Notes under the pieces: model-generated
Databases searched by the model: none
The model's input: the letters and a program-made list of their open reading frames with translations, nothing else
What the model was told of the DNA's origin: nothing
In this document: piece after piece, positions 48,620 through 57,622 of the stretch
Layout: every line of letters begins with the position of its first letter
Position numbering within the stretch: the stretch's first letter is position 1
Position numbers and translations under genes: made by a program
Source of the DNA: an uncultured Myxococcales bacterium
GTDB taxonomy: Bacteria > Myxococcota_A > Bradymonadia > UBA7976 > VGTA01
Direction of reading: 5' to 3'
Assembly (NCBI GenBank): GCA_937146725.1
Contig: CAKZRU010000060.1
Coordinates: 144,498-208,497, forward strand
Length of the DNA: 64,000 nucleotides

Positions 48620-49912
48620 TTAAGGGTCTGCTTCGTATTTCTTATAATATATGATTACAGCTGCACTGTATATGGCAAGAAAGCTCCATTCAATCATTCG
48701 ACGCCCTCCTCTAAAAATGAGGGTAATACTTTGAAAAATAAGCAAGCTTTGTAGGGTAATGATATACGCGCGATCTTTTAGATGAATGATACGATCAAGT
48801 CTAAATAGGTTCTTTGTTTGTTGTAAAATAAATACATACAGCATGAGCACAGTGGGAATCCCCAAAGTGGCAAGTTCTCCCATATAGTAGTTATGCGAGG
48901 CGCGATCATGTCCATGATCGATCTGTATAAAGTCTTCAAGTAATCTAAATTGGGCAAAGCCAAAGCCAAAAAAGGGATACTCATATATTGTTCTAAGGGC
49001 ATTTTGTAAAATCGCTTGGCGGTCATGAACCGAAGCATCTTCAAGTTGCCATCTTAAAAAGAAATACTCAAGGCGATCAGGGTGCAGAATGATGATCAAG
49101 CCAAAAACCAAACCTAATAAAATAGCTCCGATGATAATTTCACGTTTTCTGTGTCTAAATGACCAAAGCAGGGCAATGGTAAAAGCGACTTGTGCGCCTC
49201 GAGATACGGTTAAAATAAGACCAAAAAGAACCAAGCCTCCTAAAATGGAAAACATAAGTCTGATCCAGCGCTTAAAATGTGGGACTGAGTTCATGGACAA
49301 AGCAATTAAGGCTCCGGGACCGATTAAGCCTGCAAAACTATTTGGTTGCCCAACTAAACCCACAAAGCGTCTTGAGTCTCCATCTAGGTAAAAGCCGACC
49401 AATACATGGACAACACATGAAAAAAGAATCATCCATAAAAATAAATGGAGTTGCCTTTCAGTACGAATGAGATCAACCAGCATAAAAAAGCCGGCAATAT
49501 AAAGACATTGTCGTACATAAAGGCCGGTGACTGTTTCTGGAGCTGGCCCCTGTAACCAACTTAAACCTACGCCAATCAAGTATAAGATAAGAAAGGGCCA
49601 AGCTTTTGGAATCTGTAAGGATACAGAGCGATTAAAGCGCCAAGTTGGCCAATAGGCCAATAGTAAAGCGAGTGCAAAGTCACCATATCCAATTTTAGCA
49701 AACCCCAAGGGCACAAAGAGATCATCAAAGTGGATGCAAATTGTGAAGATGACCAACCAAAGCGAACTTAAGTGGGTGATCAAGAATGAACTTACGATCA
49801 CAACAGCTAACATAAGAATGGGTAAGGGAGAGCCGGTTGACAGCCAACCCACAGCAATACTCATTAACAGGGCAAAGCCAATGATAAACATAGATGTGAG
49901 TCTACTATTCAC
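48620..49912 (-). CDS. O-antigen-ligase-like (Wzy_C/WaaL/PglL family) polytopic membrane protein
   Basis: About 10 predicted TM helices. Conserved TVSRGAQ loop motif and the WaaL-type ASHNYYMGELATLG histidine motif. 4-bp overlap with the upstream lipoprotein gene. Confidence 0.7.
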   Translation of the reverse strand: MNSRLTSMFIIGFALLMSIAVGWLSTGSPLPILMLAVVIVSSFLITHLSSLWLVIFTICIHFDDLFVPLGFAKIGYGDFALALLLAYWPTWRFNRSVSLQIPKAWPFLILYLIGVGLSWLQGPAPETVTGLYVRQCLYIAGFFMLVDLIRTERQLHLFLWMILFSCVVHVLVGFYLDGDSRRFVGLVGQPNSFAGLIGPGALIALSMNSVPHFKRWIRLMFSILGGLVLFGLILTVSRGAQVAFTIALLWSFRHRKREIIIGAILLGLVFGLIIILHPDRLEYFFLRWQLEDASVHDRQAILQNALRTIYEYPFFGFGFAQFRLLEDFIQIDHGHDRASHNYYMGELATLGIPTVLMLYVFILQQTKNLFRLDRIIHLKDRAYIITLQSLLIFQSITLIFRGGRRMIEWSFLAIYSAAVIIYYKKYEADP

Positions 49913-50505
49913 TCCGCCTCACATTGATCTTCAGCCAAGCCATTAATTGCCTCAAGTAGTATTGGCCTTCGCGTATCATCAGGCGCTTCAAGACACCAAG
50001 TAAAGCCTTGAAGACGTTCACCGCCATTGACCTGCTCAAGATTAAAAATCCGCTTACACTCCTGAGTGAGTTGTGGACATTTTTGATTTGTATTCGAGGG
50101 AGAAGACATCATTGCTGTATCAAGACTCATGTCACCAATATCTTGTGGAGTGTACAAAGAAAAGGTGAGGCCATTAGCAACAAAGAGTAGTTCTCGATCA
50201 TCAGAATCATTAAGCTCTTCGATCAATCCCTGCACGATAAAGGAACAGTTACAACGATCAGCTGGGTCAAAAAGGGCCAAAGAACCCTCGCTTGGCCGCT
50301 GATATCTTACACTGACCCCAGCGACTCGATCACCATATTGTCCAAGGTTGAGTTCATATAACTCGGGGGCTAAAATAGAGTTTTCTTGCGTCTCTGTTGA
50401 TTCCTCATTAATCTCTCTCCATACACCACTCACAGAAGCACTTCTTTGGCAGGCGCTAAGCAGGATAATTAGGATAAAAAGTAGAAGAGAGAGCGGCTTT
50501 GACAT
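49909..50505 (-). CDS. small hypothetical lipoprotein (198 aa)
   Basis: Signal peptide with lipobox ILLSACQRS. Translationally coupled to the Wzy_C gene (overlap 49909-49912). Confidence 0.5.
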   Translation of the reverse strand: MSKPLSLLLFILIILLSACQRSASVSGVWREINEESTETQENSILAPELYELNLGQYGDRVAGVSVRYQRPSEGSLALFDPADRCNCSFIVQGLIEELNDSDDRELLFVANGLTFSLYTPQDIGDMSLDTAMMSSPSNTNQKCPQLTQECKRIFNLEQVNGGERLQGFTWCLEAPDDTRRPILLEAINGLAEDQCEAE

Positions 50506-50544
50506 TGAGTGAGTCAGATTTAAGCTTTAGATGACTTGGGATGC

Positions 50545-52098
50545 TTATGGATTAGCGATCAGTGAGACAAGAACATCTCCACCATCACTGTCACTACGAA
50601 TCACTAAATTAGCTTGATAAGCATTAGCGACAGCTTCATCAGCAGGTCGGCTAAAGCTGACTTCAAAGCTTGTGGTTTCTCCTGGAGCTAACATCGCTGT
50701 TTGATCACCGGTGACTGTAAAGAACTCTGCATCACTCCCCTCAATAACAACATCAGATAGGCTCACCGGAGCATCACCTGACGATGTGATCGAAACCATG
50801 GCAGAAGCAGAATCGCCAGCGGCAACCCCATCAAAGCTCAGCATTGAGACATCAACATCAAGAAGCTTGAGAGAAGCACTAAGTTGAGTCACTAAAGGAA
50901 TTCTAAACTCACCATCGACAGCATTATCAGCATCATCCGAACGAACGACTAAAGTCGCTTCGGCGGGCATAGGACCGGCGATATAGTCGAGACGAACGAT
51001 TTGCTCACCTTGCACAGGGACTTGGAATGAGTCATTATCTGCAGCATTAATTCTAAAGGCACCACCTTCAGGCTCAATGGATAAAAAGGCGCTAATTGGA
51101 CGAAGGCCGGTGTTATAAAAAGTCACCGGTTGTACATCAGTCACTCCACTTTCATGATTGAAACTGACTGGTGTTGGCATAATTTCAAGATTAGCAGGGC
51201 GAGCCTCTGAAGTGAGTAAAACTTCAAACTGTGGTTGATCAGGGTCATTACTTTCAATCACCATATGTGCTTGATCTACACCAGAATCTTGAGGATCATA
51301 AGTGACAATTAGACGAAGATAACCGCCAGGATCAATGGATGAACCACGAAGTTCCTCGGTTGAATCAACTGTAAACTCAATACTTCCGCCTTCTGGTGCA
51401 GGGAAGTTCTCAGGATCATTCAGCACAATATTTACAGCACTGATCGACAGAGGAGAGGTCCCATAATTTCGAAGTAGATAATTCTCTGAGCTTCTTCCAC
51501 TGCTTGGGAACTGAATCGCAGCGATATTGCCGGAAATATCAGGTAAGCCCGAAGACACGTTTAAGGTTGCAGTAATACGGCGACCATTTGAAGCATTACT
51601 CTCGACCACTAATTCCGGATTTTCTCCGGTTGCGACCCCATCAAGAGGACGGTAGGTGACAACAATTTGCTTAAGCTGACTCGTTCCAAGGCTTAAGGGC
51701 AAAGACGGACGCTCTCTCAAAATGAGCGTACAGCTTGGCATAACTTCAGGAGTCAAAATGGTAGAGGCATCTAGCATTTGTGTCTCAAAGTCGCAGGCAT
51801 CCAAGCGCTCACGTGCTCCATTAGGACCCACTTCAATATAGATATCGGCAATATTGAGTGGAGCCTCGCCGGTATTACGTAGCTCAATCACCTCACTCGT
51901 TTCCCGAGTACCCACATTGCTTGGTACCAATACTACATTGCGAGGTTCCATTGCGATATTATTTGATTTACGACCCTCAAAGTCACCTTGGCAGGCATTG
52001 ATGAGCATAGCTACAGCTAACAAAGAGCCAAAAGCAAGGCCCTTTTGAACTAGACCTAGGGTCTGTTTTGTCATGAACATAGATTTAAATCCAATCAC
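50545..52098 (-). CDS. lipoprotein with tandem choice-of-anchor-D/ASH-like beta-sandwich repeats
   Basis: Lipobox AMLINACQGD. Repeated modules of the type xVxFxxxxVGxSxxxxVxLxNxGxAPLxIxxI (e.g. LSFDGVAAGDSASAMVSITSSGDAPVSLSDVVIEGSDAEF). Confidence 0.6.
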   Translation of the reverse strand: MIGFKSMFMTKQTLGLVQKGLAFGSLLAVAMLINACQGDFEGRKSNNIAMEPRNVVLVPSNVGTRETSEVIELRNTGEAPLNIADIYIEVGPNGARERLDACDFETQMLDASTILTPEVMPSCTLILRERPSLPLSLGTSQLKQIVVTYRPLDGVATGENPELVVESNASNGRRITATLNVSSGLPDISGNIAAIQFPSSGRSSENYLLRNYGTSPLSISAVNIVLNDPENFPAPEGGSIEFTVDSTEELRGSSIDPGGYLRLIVTYDPQDSGVDQAHMVIESNDPDQPQFEVLLTSEARPANLEIMPTPVSFNHESGVTDVQPVTFYNTGLRPISAFLSIEPEGGAFRINAADNDSFQVPVQGEQIVRLDYIAGPMPAEATLVVRSDDADNAVDGEFRIPLVTQLSASLKLLDVDVSMLSFDGVAAGDSASAMVSITSSGDAPVSLSDVVIEGSDAEFFTVTGDQTAMLAPGETTSFEVSFSRPADEAVANAYQANLVIRSDSDGGDVLVSLIANP

Positions 52099-52134
52099 AG
52101 TAATTGAAAGCGATATAAAGATAAATGAGATATA

Positions 52135-55100
52135 TTAATTACCTCGACGAGGGAAGCATTGGGCATTGTATTCAACGCGAACTCGCTGACCGGGTTGCGG
52201 TACCTGAGCCTCATCAAAGATAATCGAGTTACTCGCTGCATCATAGCTCCAGCCATTACTTCGCATTGACCCATCTACAGACACTTGAATAGAATTACGC
52301 TCAGCAGGTCTTGTTAGGAAGAATTGTACGGGTAAACCAAAGGCTTGATTACCGATTTCTTGTAAGGGTTGACCAAAGTCAGTGGCACAAATGCTATACA
52401 CACGGCCATTGGTACGATTAGCGACCTCTACATAACGGCTACCTGCACTCGCTTCACCACCCGCACCTTCGCAGCGTGCGGCTTGTCCATTTTGAGAGCC
52501 AACAATAGCGTTTGCATGGAAACGGCCTTCATTTCGGAAGCCCTTAATATTTTTAAAGAAATCAACATAGAAGTTAAGGTTTGCATCCGAGAAATCATCT
52601 TCATCACTAACAAAAACAAGCTCTAAAGCAGCTTCCTCGCGTAAGAATCCACGATTTGCTCCGCCACAAAAACCTTCAATACAAGTATCAGGAGCAACAC
52701 AGTCATTGTCACTACTGCAAGCAAGGCCTGTGTCAAAAATTAAAGGATCTGAAAGAGCAGCTTGTGCGGCGGCAAGACCTTTTTCAGTTCCTGAGCCACT
52801 TGTGCCTACATCGGCGGTATTCTCAAATTGACTCGCAACGGAAGGTGAACGAGACATGATTCTTGGTGACCCTTGTAAGCGACCGGACTCGCTACTGTCG
52901 TCCATGTCAGTGGTGACAACACCAATTTGGTAATCATTTTGGAACTGTTGAGCCCCATTGATAAAGCGAGCAAAGTTAGATGCTAGATTATCTTGCTCCT
53001 CGCTCATAGAACCTGAGTTATCGATGACAAATAGTACATCAACAGTTTGTCCACTGGTTTGTACAAACTCATCCACTTGATTTGAGTTGGCAACCCCCTC
53101 ACCCTCTAAAGGTACACGAAGCTCAGGCGCATCTGCGGCATCGGAAATAAAGACAAGCTCACATTGATCAGCACCAAGATTACCAGGCTCATAAACCAAA
53201 TTAACTTCGGCAGGGCTGTTACGAGTCACCACAATGCAACCGTCTTGGTCGGCAACAGGTCGATTGGTAATTAAGAACTCACTACAGCCGGGGCCCTCTA
53301 AGCTCATGCCGGTGATACAAAGGTCTACGATACCGGTGTTATAAACAGTGACGCGTTCTTCTCTTGAGGCACAATCACCTGCGGTCACTTGACCAAAGTC
53401 CAAACGGGCCGGAATTACCTCAATATTACTTTCACCAGAAATTCCATTGAGGGTCGCCTGAGCCATCTTGGGTTGATTGGTGAAAGGATCAAAGTAATTA
53501 AGGGTATATATGGCAGAGTCTTGATTAAAGAGTTCAGGAGAATAAGTGATTTCAAACGGCAAGAATTGACCAGCTGCTGCTTGATTACCAATAATAGGCT
53601 GAGTAAGCTCAAAGAAAACATCACCTAAGCCCGGAATGGGAATGGGAATCAAGGGGTCAATGCTTTGATTTTGTAGCTCACAGGAGCCGGTTCCTCGGTT
53701 GACCGCACGGAGTTGTCGAGTCACACTACGTCCACGGGTGACAAGTCCAAAGTTCATACGGTTTGGGATAATTTGCATTTCACAGGTGGGTGAACCACCA
53801 CCTGTTACGGATAATGGAACGGTTAACGTTGGCGTGTCAGGACTGCTATTTTCAATGACAAGGCTATCCATGGCTCCTGCGCCTTCTCGTAAACCATTGT
53901 TTTGGTAGCTGACTTCAATTAAGCGCGTCATACGTGTGTCAAGAACAAAGGGAACATTGACATTTGGATCAACCCAACGCCAAGAGAAACCGTCGGTTTG
54001 GCTTCCTAAGCCTACCTCGGTAATATCCAAAGGAGCATCACCACAGTTGAGGACTTCTACCAAGAATGGTGCACTTGGCTGACCTTGAGCAACAACTCTA
54101 AAGTCCACAGCTTCCGGCGTTGTTTGAATACAAGGTTGCTTGAGACGACCGCTTAAGGGCACAGAGACTTGACCTTGACATTCTCCAAAGGAGACCGAAA
54201 CCGCTGTACGATGTCCGCCAGGCATGGCAGGTGTGTAACTAACGCCAAAACTGAAAGATGCCTCGGGCTCAATCACAGCAGGAACATTCACATCATGTAA
54301 GGTAAATTGGGCATTTAGCTCAGGTGAATTAACCGCCAATGCCAATTGCTCAATATTTAAAGGATCTAGGCCATTATTCGTGAGTGTGACAGTGGTAACA
54401 GGGCTTTCTACGCCCAAGTCATGCGGGCCAAACTCAACGGCTGCCGGAGAGATATCAACCAAGGGCTGAAACTCAATTCCACTTAGCTCCACACGCAAAG
54501 GAACACCATTATCACCTACATATGAGACGAGTAAAGTGCCCTCAGCCGCGCCTCGAACACCTGGTGTATAACTAATGCCAACTCTAAACGAATCACCTTG
54601 GCGAATTGCTAAACCAGCAATGTCATTTACGATTTCTGCTTCCGAAGCGCCTGAACGCAAGATTTCAAAGTTCTCAATATTAAATGCTGAAGAACTTTCT
54701 TGGGTTAATGAAGCGCTTTGTAAGGTGACCGGTACAACCCCAAAGTTTCTGAACTCATGCCAATTTAAATCATTGCTGTCACAAGGGTTTAAAACAAACA
54801 CGGCTCGGGTATCATAGATTAAATCAGACTGCCCAATTGTGGTTTCAATCGGAACATTGGTCACATTGTTGGTTTGGGCTGCAGATAAGCTATTATTAAC
54901 GATGACCAAACGACCTTGATCTAAGCCTTCGTTAGAAGGGCTATAGTTAAGAACAACCTCAATGCTTTCATCAGGTTCTAAGTTAAAGTTTCCATCGATG
55001 CCTTCAGGCATAACTAGGTTGAATTCTAAACTACTTAGCTCACTTGATAAGTACATTTCGACTACTCGTAATGTACCCTCACCAATATTTTTGATTGTGA

Positions 55101-55353
55101 TCGTTTTTGAGGTTGTTTCGCCTACAGGAACAGCGGTCAAAGTAATGGGATTCGGGCTGACATTAATCTCAGGACTACCGCCCCCATTAAAATTACTTTC
55201 GTCATCACAAGCAAAAGAAAAACAGCTGACTAAGCCGACTAAGATTAAGCATTGGATAAACACTGAAGAAAACATTGCAGAAAACACTGAAGCTGTTTTG
55301 TGCTTGTTCAATGGTTGATACACTGCCCTATTTTGTATGGATAACATGATCAT
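52135..55353 (-). CDS. 1072-aa lipoprotein with choice-of-anchor-D-like repeats and a C-terminal von Willebrand factor A domain
   Basis: Lipobox LVSCFSFACDDES. Repeated ASH/COA-D-like modules. vWA with MIDAS DVLFVIDNSGSMSEEQ...VVTTDMDD. Confidence 0.7.
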   Translation of the reverse strand: MIMLSIQNRAVYQPLNKHKTASVFSAMFSSVFIQCLILVGLVSCFSFACDDESNFNGGGSPEINVSPNPITLTAVPVGETTSKTITIKNIGEGTLRVVEMYLSSELSSLEFNLVMPEGIDGNFNLEPDESIEVVLNYSPSNEGLDQGRLVIVNNSLSAAQTNNVTNVPIETTIGQSDLIYDTRAVFVLNPCDSNDLNWHEFRNFGVVPVTLQSASLTQESSSAFNIENFEILRSGASEAEIVNDIAGLAIRQGDSFRVGISYTPGVRGAAEGTLLVSYVGDNGVPLRVELSGIEFQPLVDISPAAVEFGPHDLGVESPVTTVTLTNNGLDPLNIEQLALAVNSPELNAQFTLHDVNVPAVIEPEASFSFGVSYTPAMPGGHRTAVSVSFGECQGQVSVPLSGRLKQPCIQTTPEAVDFRVVAQGQPSAPFLVEVLNCGDAPLDITEVGLGSQTDGFSWRWVDPNVNVPFVLDTRMTRLIEVSYQNNGLREGAGAMDSLVIENSSPDTPTLTVPLSVTGGGSPTCEMQIIPNRMNFGLVTRGRSVTRQLRAVNRGTGSCELQNQSIDPLIPIPIPGLGDVFFELTQPIIGNQAAAGQFLPFEITYSPELFNQDSAIYTLNYFDPFTNQPKMAQATLNGISGESNIEVIPARLDFGQVTAGDCASREERVTVYNTGIVDLCITGMSLEGPGCSEFLITNRPVADQDGCIVVTRNSPAEVNLVYEPGNLGADQCELVFISDAADAPELRVPLEGEGVANSNQVDEFVQTSGQTVDVLFVIDNSGSMSEEQDNLASNFARFINGAQQFQNDYQIGVVTTDMDDSSESGRLQGSPRIMSRSPSVASQFENTADVGTSGSGTEKGLAAAQAALSDPLIFDTGLACSSDNDCVAPDTCIEGFCGGANRGFLREEAALELVFVSDEDDFSDANLNFYVDFFKNIKGFRNEGRFHANAIVGSQNGQAARCEGAGGEASAGSRYVEVANRTNGRVYSICATDFGQPLQEIGNQAFGLPVQFFLTRPAERNSIQVSVDGSMRSNGWSYDAASNSIIFDEAQVPQPGQRVRVEYNAQCFPRRGN

Positions 55354-55516
55354 AACCTTTGGAGTGTGGAAGTGGATTTACTAAGTACTTAGCGTATGTA
55401 TATGATTGAGTTCAAAGCGGTTTGCCACATAACAAGTGTTTTGTCACGATTAAGTCGCTTATTGATTACACAGAATAGAGCACAAATGTTTGCTGGCATG
55501 AGTAAGCAAGTTCCCA

Positions 55517-57562
55517 TTATTGAGCATATTCGCCTTCTTCATACACTCGATCAACAGGTGTAACAACCGGACAAGTCAAGGGGTCTTCACACCAATTAAT
55601 GGTAGCGATATGCCAAAGTTGGTTCAGTCGGTTTAATTCACGATCAACAAACTCACCAAGGAGCTCACCTCTAGCGAAAATTCTTAAGGTCACATAACTC
55701 TCGTGTTCAATCGTAGGATCACGACCGGCCTCTCCAAACAGGCTTTCGGCTCTAAAGTAGATGGCACCTACTTCATAGTTTACGCCAACTTCAGGACGGT
55801 CAAGATTGATATTTTCTGGCCCGGCCCCATTGATGTCATCGATGTCAAGGCTAGGATTATCCAAGAAGTCTCCAACATTGCCCCAATCGGGTGAAGTATT
55901 TTGGAAATAACAGTCCCAAGTGCCGGCTGAGCTTCCCCAGCGTTCATTAGCATTTTGATGCTTAAAGTGTAGGTCAACATCGGTGCCTGAGTCATCGGTT
56001 TCATCAGGATCAGCAGGAGTTGCCCAAACAAGTTGAATATGTAAGTCCTTTTCGGGGACAGCTTCAATCACTACAGTGGCGACTTCATTGGGCGCACAAC
56101 TCACTTGACCAAGATTATCATACACCTCAAGCTCAATTACATAACGACCGGCTAAATCGACAAAGAAAGTCGCATTTGGAGTCATTTGATCGTCTTCGGG
56201 GCCACCACCAGCAGGATCTGCGTTACTAAATAAGTTTTCAACCACTTGGCTCACACTTCCGCTTGGTCGCTCAATGACATTCCAAACCCAGCGTTTTACC
56301 TCACCGCCAGGATCGGCCGAAGGAGAACCATCTAGAGTGATGATATCCAATGGAGCTACCTCATAAAGTTCAGTGCTTGCGACTGGAATTGGACAAGAAT
56401 TTTCAACTCCACGCCCAAATAGATCTACCGGAATAGGGTCTATCTGAGTATTGGTATACAATAATAAACGTCCACCATAATTCTGTTCGGCAACAGGCCA
56501 AAAACCAACTTCAAGCGCTTCGGATGGAAAAGCTTCTCCTGCACTGGTTGCCGGAAGCTCAATCAAGTCGCCCTGTTCATTTGGCTCTAATATAGAACTC
56601 AAACCAAACTCAGCGCCTTCAAACTCAATACGTGAGATTTTAAGAGGGGCTCCACCACAACTTTCAATAATGAGTGGTAGGGTATTGGGAGTTTCCGCTT
56701 CCCGATCGGCAACAAGCAATGCTGAACCAAAATCAAGATTACTTGGCGTTAGTTGAATACAAGGTGCTGCTCCGTTTGCACGTAAAGGTAGGCTAAAACT
56801 ACTCGCTTGTGGGTCATTGCTTAAAATGACTAAGTCACCTCGATCAGGACCAGTGCTTGGTGGCGCATAACGTACGGTGACTTCTTTAGCACTACCTGCA
56901 TCGATTGTAATCGCCTCAAAGCTTTCTTCCGAACTGACTTCATCATCAATAATTAAGGCAAAGTCTTCACTGCCATCAATATATAATGAATTGATTAGAA
57001 GCGGTCCTTGGCCAACATTTCTGATGGTCGCTACTAATTCAGATGTCTCACCAGCGTCCACGCTACCAAAGTCAAGACTATTGGGCGATACAAAGAGATC
57101 AGGTATAGCATCAGAACTACGAATCGGTACTCTTAGCTCACGCTGTTGAGTACTATTTGTTTCAATAATGACTTCATCAGTTGGGCTTACGCTTGAGCCT
57201 TCAGTAGGGCGATAAATAACCTGCAGGATTTCACTGCTTGTTTCGTCTGCTTCCAAAACAATAGTATCGGGAAGCGGATCACCAGTTTGTAGACGGATGT
57301 CGAAAGGGGCTTCCGCTCTAGACAGGCGGATATTCACCAATGAAATAGGAGCACTGCCTACATTTCTTAAACTCAATTCCTGAATTGCTTCTTGACCTAC
57401 CGGTACAGAAGGAAACAGTAAGGTTTCAGGTGTAGCGCTCACTAAACCACTTTGAATGTTACTAAAGTCATCCTCAGAATCACAGGCCGTAAGACCTAAT
57501 GAGAAAACAAGAGCACCCATGGTAATCATTGAGTGTACTGAATCAAAAAAAGGCCTTCGCAT
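55517..57562 (-). CDS. lipoprotein, choice-of-anchor-D repeats + PKD-like domain + conserved C-terminal domain (paralog A of tandem pair)
   Basis: Lipobox LGLTACDSED. COA-D-like repeats. PKD-like LDIITLDGSPSADPGG...WVW. C-terminal block shared with the neighbour (NPSLDIDDINGAGPENINL ... WHIATINW). Confidence 0.65.
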   Translation of the reverse strand: MRRPFFDSVHSMITMGALVFSLGLTACDSEDDFSNIQSGLVSATPETLLFPSVPVGQEAIQELSLRNVGSAPISLVNIRLSRAEAPFDIRLQTGDPLPDTIVLEADETSSEILQVIYRPTEGSSVSPTDEVIIETNSTQQRELRVPIRSSDAIPDLFVSPNSLDFGSVDAGETSELVATIRNVGQGPLLINSLYIDGSEDFALIIDDEVSSEESFEAITIDAGSAKEVTVRYAPPSTGPDRGDLVILSNDPQASSFSLPLRANGAAPCIQLTPSNLDFGSALLVADREAETPNTLPLIIESCGGAPLKISRIEFEGAEFGLSSILEPNEQGDLIELPATSAGEAFPSEALEVGFWPVAEQNYGGRLLLYTNTQIDPIPVDLFGRGVENSCPIPVASTELYEVAPLDIITLDGSPSADPGGEVKRWVWNVIERPSGSVSQVVENLFSNADPAGGGPEDDQMTPNATFFVDLAGRYVIELEVYDNLGQVSCAPNEVATVVIEAVPEKDLHIQLVWATPADPDETDDSGTDVDLHFKHQNANERWGSSAGTWDCYFQNTSPDWGNVGDFLDNPSLDIDDINGAGPENINLDRPEVGVNYEVGAIYFRAESLFGEAGRDPTIEHESYVTLRIFARGELLGEFVDRELNRLNQLWHIATINWCEDPLTCPVVTPVDRVYEEGEYAQ

Positions 57563-57622
57563 GAGCGATCCCTCGATTATTTTAAAAGTTCAAATAAAGT
57601 GAGTAGCAGTCACAAGTTAAGG

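Noticed and set aside
52369-57149. Assorted 60-118-aa ORFs on the + strand across the lipoprotein operon
   Set aside because: Antisense or alternative-frame ORFs inside long minus-strand CDSs with consistent lipoprotein/repeat architecture.
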